DNA from: a virus
Strand: one strand, 5' to 3'
IMG/VR virus record: IMGVR_UViG_3300032287_003559
Location: 111,136-175,135 of that record
DNA length: 64,000 nucleotides
The notes beneath the pieces are model-generated. The model was not told where the DNA came from and did no database searches. It saw only the letters and a program-made list of their open reading frames with translations. Every line of letters begins with the position of its first letter. Position 1 is the first letter of the stretch. Position numbers and translations under genes: made by a program. Shown here in pieces: positions 17,928-27,218 of the stretch.

Positions 17928-18646
17928 AGGAACTCAACGAAGAATTCGAATTCATGAAACCAGAAGTAAAACTTGTTTCAGTAACACCAGATGCAGAAAA
18001 GCATATGGCATACTGTGCAAGAGTAAGTAACCCAAAGAATCAAGACAATGAAAGTTTTGATGGATTGCTCAAGTATTGTATTAAACATCAGCACTGGAGC
18101 ATCTTTGAGCAAGCAACGATGACTGTAGAGATTAATACTACAAGAGGTATCGCGGCTCAGATTTTACGTCACCGTTCTTTTACATATCAAGAATTTTCAC
18201 AACGATATGCAGATACTAATCTTCTGAATCAAACTATCCCTCTTCCAGAACTTCGTCGGCAGGATGATAAGAATCGCCAGAATAGTATCGACGATATTCC
18301 TGACTATTTGAAACTCACTCTACTAGAAGACATCAGAATGCATTTTGAGCAGTCTCAGAGACTCTACAACCGCCTTCTAGACAAGGGAGTAGCAAAGGAG
18401 TGTGCAAGGTTTGTACTGCCCTTAGCGACGCCCACACGCCTCTATATGACCGGTTCTGTAAGGTCATGGATACACTACATTGATTTGCGTTCTGCACATG
18501 GTACACAGAAAGAACATATGGAGATTGCAGAAGCAGTTCGTTGTATTTTTACTTGTAAATTTCCAGCAGTGTCTGCTGCTCTTGGTTGGACTCGGGATAA
18601 TTGTGATGATTGTGAAAGTATTCAACCCTCAATTCGTATAGACTAA
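17924..18646 (+). CDS. thyX: Flavin-dependent thymidylate synthase
   Basis: HWSIFEQ, QILRHRSFTYQEFSQRY, ARFVLP, TQKEH. Confidence 0.95.
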   Translation: MKELNEEFEFMKPEVKLVSVTPDAEKHMAYCARVSNPKNQDNESFDGLLKYCIKHQHWSIFEQATMTVEINTTRGIAAQILRHRSFTYQEFSQRYADTNLLNQTIPLPELRRQDDKNRQNSIDDIPDYLKLTLLEDIRMHFEQSQRLYNRLLDKGVAKECARFVLPLATPTRLYMTGSVRSWIHYIDLRSAHGTQKEHMEIAEAVRCIFTCKFPAVSAALGWTRDNCDDCESIQPSIRID

Positions 18647-18675
18647 ATATTCTCATATAAAATGGAGGAGTAAAC

Positions 18676-18918
18676 TTGGCGATTTATCCGATTATTCATA
18701 AAGAAACTGGTGAGAAAAAAGTTATTGAAATGAGTGTCCATGACATTCAACAATGGTATAAAGACAATCCCGAATGGCAAAGGGATTGGTCTGAAGGGTG
18801 TGCATCTCCAGGAGAAGTTGGAGAATGGCAAAATAAACTCATCCAGAAAAACCCTGGATGGAATGATGTTTTAGGTCGTGCGGCAAAGATGCCGGGTTCA
18901 AAAGTCAAAAAAATCTAA
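18676..18918 (+). CDS. Conserved hypothetical protein preceding phoH
   Basis: GGAGG RBS with TTG start. Confidence 0.7.
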   Translation: MAIYPIIHKETGEKKVIEMSVHDIQQWYKDNPEWQRDWSEGCASPGEVGEWQNKLIQKNPGWNDVLGRAAKMPGSKVKKI

Positions 18919-18924
18919 CTTTAT

Positions 18925-19677
18925 ATGGCAAGAAGAAAAAGAGAAGACCAACCAATCGGAGTTGGAATGACTACAAAGCAAATGAAGCGTAAGAAGCCAA
19001 TCAATCTTGATTTGATGAGAGAGATTGAACCTCTCACTGAAAATCAAAAACTTTTATATAAAGCATATGAAAAAAATCAAAACATCGTTGCTTATGGATG
19101 TGCAGGAACAGGTAAAACATTTATTACATTGTACAATGCACTTCAAGATGTTTTAGATGAAAGAAGTCCTTATGAAAAAATTTACATCGTAAGGTCTCTT
19201 GTTGCTACTCGCGAGATTGGTTTTCTTCCAGGAGACCATGAAGATAAATCGTCACTTTATCAAATTCCTTATAAGAATATGGTAAAGTATATGTTCCAAA
19301 TGCCCGATGATGCATCTTTCGAAATGCTCTATGGAAACCTCAAAACTCAAGGAACTATTAGTTTTTGGTCTACTTCTTTTATTCGCGGAACTACTTTGGA
19401 TAATTCAATTATCATAGTAGACGAATTTCAAAATCTGAACTATCATGAACTTGATAGTATCATCACTCGTGTTGGTGAAAATAGTAAGATTATGTTCTGT
19501 GGTGATGCTACTCAAAGCGATCTTATTAAGACCAATGAAAAGAATGGAATTATTGACTTTATGAAAGTTCTTCGTATTATGCCTTCAATTGATATTGTTG
19601 AATTTGGAGTTGATGATATTGTTCGCTCAGGTCTAGTTAAGGAGTATATTTTGGCTAAAATGGAAGTCGGTGTATGA
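18925..19677 (+). CDS. phoH: PhoH-family ATPase
   Basis: GCAGTGKT, IGFLPG, RGTTL, VDEFQN, CGDATQSD, DIVRSG. Confidence 0.94.
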   Translation: MARRKREDQPIGVGMTTKQMKRKKPINLDLMREIEPLTENQKLLYKAYEKNQNIVAYGCAGTGKTFITLYNALQDVLDERSPYEKIYIVRSLVATREIGFLPGDHEDKSSLYQIPYKNMVKYMFQMPDDASFEMLYGNLKTQGTISFWSTSFIRGTTLDNSIIIVDEFQNLNYHELDSIITRVGENSKIMFCGDATQSDLIKTNEKNGIIDFMKVLRIMPSIDIVEFGVDDIVRSGLVKEYILAKMEVGV

Positions 19678-20354
19678 CATTTATTCATCATAATTACTTG
19701 GGTGATCTTGAATTAGAAAAGAAAGAAACAAACGGCACTCGCTTTTACCATCTTCCTGATGGGCAGTGGGTGCCTTCAATTACCTCAGTTACCTCATTTT
19801 ACAATCGTCAAATTTTTGTTGATTGGAGAAAGCGTGTTGGTATTGAGGAAGCAAATCGTATTACAAAAAAAGCAACTTCAAGAGGAACAGATTTTCACCA
19901 AGTATGTCAGGATTATCTAGAAAATAAAGAACTTGACTGGAATAATTATCAACTCCTAACAAAACATATGTTTTATCATGCTAAATCAGAGCTTGATAAG
20001 ATAAATAATATTCACGCGATTGAAAGAACTCTCTATTCAGAATATCTTGGACTTGCAGGAAGAGTTGATTGTATCGCAGAATATGATGGAGAACTAGCAG
20101 TTATTGACTTTAAAACCTCAGAAAAAATTAAACCAGAAGCGTGGATTGAAAATTATTTTGTTCAAGAAACATTCTATGCAGCTGCTTACTACGAACTAAC
20201 AGGAAAGGTTGTAAAAAAACTTATTACATTGATGGTTACTCCTGGAGGAGAAGTCAAGGTATTTGACAAAAGGAATAAAGGGGACTATATTAAGTTATTA
20301 GTTCGCTATATTAAAGAATTTGTACATCACAATACTAGGCCAGATGGAGAATGA
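19674..20354 (+). CDS. PD-(D/E)XK exonuclease
   Basis: PSITSV, RGTDFH, AGRVDCIA..IDFKTS, Q...Y. Confidence 0.85.
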   Translation: MTFIHHNYLGDLELEKKETNGTRFYHLPDGQWVPSITSVTSFYNRQIFVDWRKRVGIEEANRITKKATSRGTDFHQVCQDYLENKELDWNNYQLLTKHMFYHAKSELDKINNIHAIERTLYSEYLGLAGRVDCIAEYDGELAVIDFKTSEKIKPEAWIENYFVQETFYAAAYYELTGKVVKKLITLMVTPGGEVKVFDKRNKGDYIKLLVRYIKEFVHHNTRPDGE

Positions 20355-20601
20355 ATTAGAAAAAGTATTAGAAAATAAGTTCTTCTGCCCATCACGTTTT
20401 GCACAAGAGATCGAAAATCTTGTGCAAATAAATGTTGATATGAATTATATTGATGCTATTATTTACTTCTGTGAACAAAATAGTATTGACTTAGAATCGG
20501 TTCCAAAACTTATTTCAAAACCACTGAAAGAAAAAATTAAGTACGAAGCAATGGAACTGAACTTTTTGAAAAAAACATCGCGTGCAAAATTAATTTTTTA
20601 A
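20344..20601 (+). CDS. gp33: Late transcription co-activator gp33
   Basis: NYIDAII.FCE, KLISKPLKEKIKYEA..LNFL; position before gp59 and gp32. Confidence 0.88.
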   Translation: MENELEKVLENKFFCPSRFAQEIENLVQINVDMNYIDAIIYFCEQNSIDLESVPKLISKPLKEKIKYEAMELNFLKKTSRAKLIF

Positions 20602-21198
20602 ATGGCTCCCTTTGATGCTTATAAATGTTATCTGTCTTTGAAAAATCATTTTACCAAAGACAGTTATGATTACTTTAAATATTGCGGAAAATCAAGAGCA
20701 ACTGTTCAATCATTTTATAAAAGAAAAGATAGATTTTGGTTTGAAAAAGTATCAAGACAAAAATCAGATCAAGAAGTTATAGATTTTTTTGTTGCTAATT
20801 TTGTATCTTGTCCAGATCCAGAAACACTTTGGATTGGAGAAATGATCAAAGAGGGAGAGGAAAGATACCAAAACTGGCAGAAGAAAATTCAATCACTTTC
20901 TTATGTCTTCAAGGAAGAAAGTCAATCTTTATTTGAAGAAAATAAATTTCAGGATGTTTTTAAATGTTCTAAAGGACATCCAGTTCTTTTAAAGAAATTT
21001 TTAAGTGGTAAAGTTTCTTTGGAAACAATGGTTCTTCTTGATAGAGTATTTGCATATTCGAATAACTTTGATAAAAAACTGCAAGATCCTGTGTGGAAAA
21101 CCGTCAGTCGTAGAATTAAAAAATACAGCCCTTTCATAAATACTGACGTATTTCGTTATAAAAAAATTTTGAAAGAAATTATTCTGGAGGATCAATGA
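20602..21198 (+). CDS. gp59: Helicase loader gp59
   Basis: YLSLKNHF..YDYFKY, FYKRKDRFWFEK, SLETM; synteny. Confidence 0.88.
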   Translation: MAPFDAYKCYLSLKNHFTKDSYDYFKYCGKSRATVQSFYKRKDRFWFEKVSRQKSDQEVIDFFVANFVSCPDPETLWIGEMIKEGEERYQNWQKKIQSLSYVFKEESQSLFEENKFQDVFKCSKGHPVLLKKFLSGKVSLETMVLLDRVFAYSNNFDKKLQDPVWKTVSRRIKKYSPFINTDVFRYKKILKEIILEDQ

Positions 21199-21539
21199 GT
21201 TTTTTTAGTTCCGAAGTCGTTCGTGCAGAGATGACGGAAATTGCAGAACTTCAAGAACAAATTTACGGAAACATTTTTAAGTTTCCAACAATGAGTAAAG
21301 AAGAAAAGCTTGAGCATGTTGAAGTTTTAGAAAAACTTTTGGATAAGCAAAAAATTCTCTACACAAGAATGAGTTTGTCTGATGATCCCGAAGCAATTGA
21401 AATGAAAGAACGTATCGTTCGGTCTGCAGTTATGATGGGAATGCCCCCAGGAACTGATATGAATATCATTCTTAATAATATGTCTAAGATGCTTGATGTA
21501 ATGAAAGAAAAAATTGACAAGACAGGTTCTGACCTGTAG
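21195..21539 (+). CDS. DUF1825-like conserved cyanophage protein
   Basis: MSFFSSEVVRAEM, RMSLSDDPEA. Confidence 0.7.
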   Translation: MSFFSSEVVRAEMTEIAELQEQIYGNIFKFPTMSKEEKLEHVEVLEKLLDKQKILYTRMSLSDDPEAIEMKERIVRSAVMMGMPPGTDMNIILNNMSKMLDVMKEKIDKTGSDL

Positions 21540-21542
21540 AAT
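21514..21542 (+). promoter_or_regulatory. Sigma70-like promoter for gp32
   Basis: TTGACA -17 bp- TAGAAT. Confidence 0.7.
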
Positions 21543-21587
21543 AACGAAGTACACAAAAGCCAAATCCTATTAATACGGAGTAATCTA

Positions 21588-22535
21588 ATGTCTTTCGAAA
21601 ATCTCAAGAAACAATCCAAACTGGGTTCTCTGACTTCTAAACTGGTAAAAGAAGTAGAGAAAATGAGCACTACTTCTGGAGGTGCTGATGAGCGTCTCTG
21701 GAAACCAGAGATGGATAAAACAGGTAACGGTTTCGCAGTAATTCGTTTTCTTCCTGCTCCTGAAGGAGAGGAACTTCCTTGGGCAAAGATGTATTCACAT
21801 GCTTTCCAAGGACCTGGTGGATGGTATATTGAAAACTCTCTGACCACAATCGGTCAAAAAGATCCTCTTGGAGAATACAACCGAGAGCTGTGGAATACTG
21901 GTACTGAATCTAATAAAGAAATTGTACGTAAGCAAAAGCGTAAACTATCTTATTACAGCAACATCTATATTGTAAAGGATCCTGTAAATCCTCAGAATGA
22001 AGGTAAAGTCTTTCTGTTTAAGTATGGTAAGAAAATCTTCGATAAGATCATGGAAGCAATGCAACCTGAGTTTGAGGATGAAACTCCTATCAATCCTTTT
22101 GATTTCTGGCAGGGTGCTAATTTCAAACTCAAGATCGTAAAGAAAGATGGATACTGGAATTACGATAAGTCCGAATTTGGTTCCATTGAACCACTACTGG
22201 ACGATGATGATGCGATGGAAGCAATCTGGAAGAAGCAGTATTCTCTGACTGCAATCACTGCTCCCGATCAGTTCAAGTCATATGAAGATCTTGAGCGTCG
22301 TATGAATATGGTTCTGGGCATCAAAAATTCTTCTCCTGCTCGCTCCCGTGCTGTGGTTGAACAGGAAGATGACCTAGAAGAGTTCTCTCAAACCCCTACT
22401 GTTCAAGATCGTGTAGTGGAAGAACTGGAACAATCTTATGCTCGTTCTAAGTCTCCTTCTCTTCCCAAAATTGCAACGGAAGATGAAGATGAAGATGATG
22501 CTCTTGCATATTTCTCACGTCTTGCTGAAGAATGA
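21588..22535 (+). CDS. gp32: Single-stranded DNA-binding protein gp32
   Basis: DERLWKP..GNGFAVIRFLP, WYIENSLTT, GANFKLK, NYDKSEF; acidic tail. Confidence 0.95.
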   Translation: MSFENLKKQSKLGSLTSKLVKEVEKMSTTSGGADERLWKPEMDKTGNGFAVIRFLPAPEGEELPWAKMYSHAFQGPGGWYIENSLTTIGQKDPLGEYNRELWNTGTESNKEIVRKQKRKLSYYSNIYIVKDPVNPQNEGKVFLFKYGKKIFDKIMEAMQPEFEDETPINPFDFWQGANFKLKIVKKDGYWNYDKSEFGSIEPLLDDDDAMEAIWKKQYSLTAITAPDQFKSYEDLERRMNMVLGIKNSSPARSRAVVEQEDDLEEFSQTPTVQDRVVEELEQSYARSKSPSLPKIATEDEDEDDALAYFSRLAEE

Positions 22536-23207
22536 TTAGCTAGTTAATTTTATATTATCTCCTCTCTTAAGGGTCTCGCTAACATATTGCGAAGACCCTT
22601 TTTTATATTCCATAAGATCGCTCATGTTATCTAATATAATACTTAGATATTCTTTTTTAATTACATAAATGTTTCTCTTATCATTTTCTATTTTATCTTC
22701 ATATTCATAATTTGTTACTTCTAATGTTATATCTCCAGTATCAATCTGCTCATCAGTAAAGTAATCATAATAACTTACAGAATATCCTGATGGAACTTCA
22801 AGACCTGCAGGTACAATTATAACTCCTTGACTATTTTTAACTTCTGTAGTTTCATAATGATGAATTCCACTGTAAAGAGTTTCATAATCACCATACTTAT
22901 TCATCAGATAACTATCAAAGGAATCTTGAGTTAATGGCCACTCTGTTTGAATATTGACTATATTGTTACAGATAAGAACTAACCAGTCTAATGTTGAATC
23001 ACCATAAACATCAAAAGCGACATTATCTGGGCGATCATTTCCTCTAATTTTATATCTTTCAAAGAAAGTTAAATCTTGAAAAATATCTTCACGAAGTTTA
23101 CCTCTTTTAAAGATATTTTTTACTTGAATATAATCCCCAATATTACTGTTTGGTAGTCTATTAACATAGTCAAAGTTTGGGACTTGGCGGAAGTATGGAT
23201 TAGACAT
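22536..23207 (-). CDS. gp53: Baseplate wedge protein gp53
   Basis: RPDNVAFDVYGD..LDWLVL..NNI, IHHYET, TNYEYE..N..KR.I. Confidence 0.88.
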   Translation of the reverse strand: MSNPYFRQVPNFDYVNRLPNSNIGDYIQVKNIFKRGKLREDIFQDLTFFERYKIRGNDRPDNVAFDVYGDSTLDWLVLICNNIVNIQTEWPLTQDSFDSYLMNKYGDYETLYSGIHHYETTEVKNSQGVIIVPAGLEVPSGYSVSYYDYFTDEQIDTGDITLEVTNYEYEDKIENDKRNIYVIKKEYLSIILDNMSDLMEYKKGSSQYVSETLKRGDNIKLTS

Positions 23208-23208
23208 T

Positions 23209-24591
23209 TTAGTAACCTATGAAGTTATCTTGATCTTTATCTAGATCTGTGTAATCATCATTAAAGATTGGTTCTAGTTCTTGGAATTGTAATTGCAATT
23301 CATAAGAAGTCATAGATGGTTCTCCTGCGTAAGTCATATATTGACCATCTGGAGTGTAATTAACATTGCATTGGGTTAATGCACACTCTTTAAATGTATT
23401 TAAGTATGGGTGCTTTTTTTTACCTGCGGTTAAATATTCTATACCAAAAGTATTTGGTGCTTTTAAAAGAAGAATAGATTGGCTCCTTTGAACAGACATT
23501 GCTTGTTTAAAATATCTAATAATTGTTCTAACAATTTTTGCTTCACTTGCACTTCTTGGAGATAATCTAAATGAAAAACTAAAACTTCTTAATTGAGGTC
23601 CCGTGAATAATAACTCTGAATTTGGGTTTAATACCTGACCATATGCTCTTGAAAGCACATTTGTTCCCGTTACTGCTTGATTAGTTTTTACTGCTACAAT
23701 AGAAGCAAGAGTTTTTTTATCAGTTGCATTTATAGCACCGATTGTATTTTGTGCTGAGGCAGTACCTGCTTCTACACCACCAGAAACAAAACTAGTAATA
23801 AAGTCCGAAATTCCTTGAGTTGCAAGATCTAAATCATCTCTCTGCCAATCGGCACTGTTTGAGTCGCTAATTCCTCCAGGAATAGGTAAAAAAATAGTTC
23901 CTATTGGAGTCTTGTTCTTTAATCTTCTTCTATCGTAATTTTCCGTAAAACTCAATCCTCTTGCCTCATAATTAAAAATTGTAAATTTTATACAATCTTG
24001 GTGTTCAAGTTGAAGATTTTCTGGATATCTTATGTTTGTTGATGCTTCGTTATATTTTTTTCTTGCTATTGCTTCTTTTTTAGATTCTTCATCAAGTGCA
24101 GTAAGATCTTCTTTCTTTATGCCTGATGCGTTTGGAGATTCTTCTTGTTGTTGTGGAGTATTATTAAGTGCTGCTTCTGTCTGTACTGGAGTTGCTCCTT
24201 GCTTCGGTAATGCTGCTCTTACAGATCCAACCACTGCTTTATTTAAAGAACCTCCAGGTTTAATAGAGCTAATTTCCTCAGCAGTAAGATTGGTATTAGA
24301 TGTTGTTATTGGTTGATTTTCATTTGTCCCTCTTCCTGAACCTGGAGTAAACCAAGTTTTTCCACCATCTCTAGTAACAGCAGTATCTGGATAATCTGGA
24401 GTGCTTCCTCTCCCTTCAACTGCTTTTTGAATCCTAACTTCAGAACTTATTACCTTACCATCTTTTAGAGTTGCTACTGTTTCTGTTCTATACTTAATAC
24501 CATTTAAAATAAATGGTTCGCTAATAGTATTTCTCTGCCCACTGGCTCCACCAGGATTTCCACCAGATTGGTATGTTTGTGAAGACGGCAC
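23209..24591 (-). CDS. gp48: Baseplate tail-tube cap gp48
   Basis: LPIP..ISD, LNPNSELLFTGPQLRSFSFSF, CALT..NVNYTPDG, LQFQELE. Confidence 0.85.
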   Translation of the reverse strand: MPSSQTYQSGGNPGGASGQRNTISEPFILNGIKYRTETVATLKDGKVISSEVRIQKAVEGRGSTPDYPDTAVTRDGGKTWFTPGSGRGTNENQPITTSNTNLTAEEISSIKPGGSLNKAVVGSVRAALPKQGATPVQTEAALNNTPQQQEESPNASGIKKEDLTALDEESKKEAIARKKYNEASTNIRYPENLQLEHQDCIKFTIFNYEARGLSFTENYDRRRLKNKTPIGTIFLPIPGGISDSNSADWQRDDLDLATQGISDFITSFVSGGVEAGTASAQNTIGAINATDKKTLASIVAVKTNQAVTGTNVLSRAYGQVLNPNSELLFTGPQLRSFSFSFRLSPRSASEAKIVRTIIRYFKQAMSVQRSQSILLLKAPNTFGIEYLTAGKKKHPYLNTFKECALTQCNVNYTPDGQYMTYAGEPSMTSYELQLQFQELEPIFNDDYTDLDKDQDNFIGY

Positions 24592-24606
24592 TTTTACACG
24601 TAGTTT

Positions 24607-24999
24607 TTATTTATTTAGACGGAATTTTGCATATTGAAGAGATAGAAGTTCATCAAGTTCTTCATACTTAACTACATGCAGTTGTCCTGCTATCTCTTCC
24701 CAAGTATAATTTCTAGGTTGTCTCCAGTGAAAATTAATTGCTTTAAATCCCCATTTTTGTATTTCTGTACAAGCAATTAGTGGATGTTGATCATAATCAA
24801 TTCCTGGAGTTTTGGGATTGTAGATAAAAGTATAAAACTTTCCCACCTCTGGTATCCAAGTCTTTTCAGTAAAAAATTGCATAATTAAAATCATTATATC
24901 TTCTGGATCTTTTATACCCAACCTTTCAACTTCCTGCTTGAGTTTTTTAACTCTTGCAGTTGAACCAGAAGAAACATATTGTCCAAATCCTCCTGCCAT
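24607..24999 (-). CDS. gp2-like (DNA end protector-like) protein
   Basis: FIYNPKT..YDQHPL..INFHW resembles the gp2 core; adjacent to gp4. Confidence 0.5.
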   Translation of the reverse strand: MAGGFGQYVSSGSTARVKKLKQEVERLGIKDPEDIMILIMQFFTEKTWIPEVGKFYTFIYNPKTPGIDYDQHPLIACTEIQKWGFKAINFHWRQPRNYTWEEIAGQLHVVKYEELDELLSLQYAKFRLNK

Positions 25000-25442
25000 T
25001 ATTTTATACCCAATTGATCTTCTGTGATAACTTTGAACTCTATAAGTCTATCCTTACAAAACTCATCTGCTGCTTTCCACTTTGCTTGATTTATTGCATA
25101 TGTTTTTGCTTCATAAAGATATGATTTAGTTATTCTTGATTTTTTTTGTGGAGGAATTGTTTGTTTTTTTGGCTTCACTTCAATAACATAAGTTTTTATT
25201 TCTCCAGTTTGTTCTTTGACTTTAACTATAAAATCTGGAAAATACCTATGTATCTTATTATCAACTGGCGATCTATATGGAATTGAAAATTCCTCACTTC
25301 CCCACTCTAAAATATTTTCATTGTGATCGCACCAATAGCAAAATTTCCTTTCCCAGCTACTTCTGCAAATAATATTATTTGCATCACCTTTATATTTTTG
25401 GGGAAATGATGGTTTGTATTTGCTTTTAATACTTTCTGCCAT
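24999..25442 (-). CDS. gp4: Head completion nuclease gp4
   Basis: KYKGD, RSSWE, WGSEE, HRYFPDF, IEVKP, NQAKW. Confidence 0.92.
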   Translation of the reverse strand: MAESIKSKYKPSFPQKYKGDANNIICRSSWERKFCYWCDHNENILEWGSEEFSIPYRSPVDNKIHRYFPDFIVKVKEQTGEIKTYVIEVKPKKQTIPPQKKSRITKSYLYEAKTYAINQAKWKAADEFCKDRLIEFKVITEDQLGIK

Positions 25443-25483
25443 TATCTTTACTACATAATATATCAGTCAAAAAATATTTATAA

Positions 25484-26278
25484 ATGCCTACCAAAAGGAC
25501 AGTAGATCAAATTAAAGCAAATTTACTTCGTCCAGCACTTACTTCTTATTTTGAAGTTGAGATTCCAAAAATATCATCTAGAACTGGTGAATTTGAATCA
25601 TTCTTAAGTAATAATGGCGTTTTATTCAATCAAGAAAAACTTAATTTACTATGCTCCGAAACTTCTCTTCCAGGTTCTTCACTTGCCACCCATGAAATCA
25701 ATAATGATTATATGGGAGTAACTGAAAGACATGCATATAGAAGAATATATGATGATCGTATTGATTTTTCTTTTTATGTAGATGCTGAAAATTATTTACC
25801 CATCAGATATTTTGAGTCATGGATAAAGTGGATTGTGGATGAGAGTATTGCATCTGGAGATAAAGGTCCTGTAGGAGTACTGAATAAATCATATTTTTAT
25901 AGAATGAAATATCCTGATGATTATGTTTGTGATAGTGGATTAAAAATTACAAAATTTGAAAGGGATCATACTAATAGATCATTGGAGTATGAATTTGTAA
26001 GAGCATATCCAATATCTATTACATCAATGCCAGTTTCGTATGATACATCATCTCTTCTAAAATGCACAGTTTCATTTACATATCTAAGATACGTTCTTAA
26101 ACCTTCAAACGGAAATAGAGATAATGTATCCTCTATTCAGAGAGAAATAAAATCTGGAGATCCTTCATCGCCAGTAACACAAGCAGCAATAAATGGATCA
26201 TATTATGGTCCTGCCTTTCAAACGAATGAAGAAGCAAATAGGCAGGCTGCAATTTTAAGAGGGGAGAATGTGCAATAA
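25484..26278 (+). CDS. Tail-tube-like / baseplate tail-tube initiator protein (gp19/gp54 family)
   Basis: LLCSETSLPG, RAYPISI, CTVSFTY; synteny with gp26. Confidence 0.7.
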   Translation: MPTKRTVDQIKANLLRPALTSYFEVEIPKISSRTGEFESFLSNNGVLFNQEKLNLLCSETSLPGSSLATHEINNDYMGVTERHAYRRIYDDRIDFSFYVDAENYLPIRYFESWIKWIVDESIASGDKGPVGVLNKSYFYRMKYPDDYVCDSGLKITKFERDHTNRSLEYEFVRAYPISITSMPVSYDTSSLLKCTVSFTYLRYVLKPSNGNRDNVSSIQREIKSGDPSSPVTQAAINGSYYGPAFQTNEEANRQAAILRGENVQ

Positions 26279-26310
26279 ATAATCACACCTGAATTTTTCT
26301 ATAGGTCATT

Positions 26311-27030
26311 ATGCCTTTACCTAAAATTGCTACTCCAATATATCAACTTGAATTGCCATCAACAGGAGAGTCAATTCAATATAGACCATTTTTAGTAAAA
26401 GAAGAAAAAGTATTAGTAATTGCTTTGGAAAGTGAAGATACTAAGCAAATTACTACTGCGATTAAAACAGTAATCAAAAATTGTATTCTTACCAAAGGGA
26501 TCAAGGTAGAATCTCTTCCAACCTTTGATATTGAATATTTGTTTTTGAATATTCGTGGTAAGTCTGTTGGGGAAGAAATTGAAGTAAACGTTATTTGTCC
26601 TGATGACCAAGAGACAAATGTTTCTATAAAAATTGATTTAGATTCTATCAAAGTAGAAAAGAGTGAGAATCATACAAATAAAATTAAAGTAGATCCAAAA
26701 ATTATGATGGAGATGAAATATCCATCATTGGATCAGTTTATTAAAACAAACTTTGATTTTAAAAATGATAATGCAATGGATCAATCATTTGAATTGATTG
26801 CATCATGTATTGATAAAATTTATACTGAAGATGAGGTGTGGGTTGCAGCGGATGTGACTAAAAAAGAACTGATTGAATTTTTGGAACAAATGAATTCATC
26901 TCAGTTTAAGGAAATTGAGAAATTTTTTGAAACAATGCCAAGACTTTCGCATAAAATTTCAGTAACAAATCCAAAAACAAAAGTTGAAAGTGAAGTTGTT
27001 CTGGAAGGGTTAGCATCTTTTTTCGCATAG
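26311..27030 (+). CDS. gp26: Baseplate hub assembly protein gp26
   Basis: MPLPKI, YRPFLVKEEK, FDIEYLFLNIRGKSVGE, LEGLASFFA. Confidence 0.9.
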   Translation: MPLPKIATPIYQLELPSTGESIQYRPFLVKEEKVLVIALESEDTKQITTAIKTVIKNCILTKGIKVESLPTFDIEYLFLNIRGKSVGEEIEVNVICPDDQETNVSIKIDLDSIKVEKSENHTNKIKVDPKIMMEMKYPSLDQFIKTNFDFKNDNAMDQSFELIASCIDKIYTEDEVWVAADVTKKELIEFLEQMNSSQFKEIEKFFETMPRLSHKISVTNPKTKVESEVVLEGLASFFA

Positions 27031-27041
27031 CCCTGGTCCAT

Positions 27042-27218
27042 ATGGACCTTGAGAATTACTTTAGACTTAATTTTGCTTTGATTCAGTACCATAAATATTC
27101 ACTATGGGAGATTGAAAACATGATTCCCTGGGAAAGGGATATTTACGTTGAGTTATTAAAGCAACATTTAGAAGAAGAAAAACTAAAACAACAATCAAAT
27201 GGCGGTCAATCCTTCTAA
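27042..27218 (+). CDS. gp51: gp51-like baseplate hub assembly protein (not in the ORF track); lies in the -1 frame of gp26
   Basis: MDLENYFRLNFALIQYHKYSLWEIENMIPWERDIYVELL; frame is open across the gp26 slippery site. Confidence 0.85.
   Translation: MDLENYFRLNFALIQYHKYSLWEIENMIPWERDIYVELLKQHLEEEKLKQQSNGGQSF

Noticed and set aside
19674-20354. Cas4-like nuclease suggesting a CRISPR system
   Set aside because: No repeat-spacer array or other cas genes seen; it occupies the usual phoH-exonuclease-gp33 core position.
21359-21847. 162-aa minus-strand ORF and the many other short antisense ORFs in the track
   Set aside because: They overlap well-supported genes on the opposite strand or frame and show no recognisable protein features.
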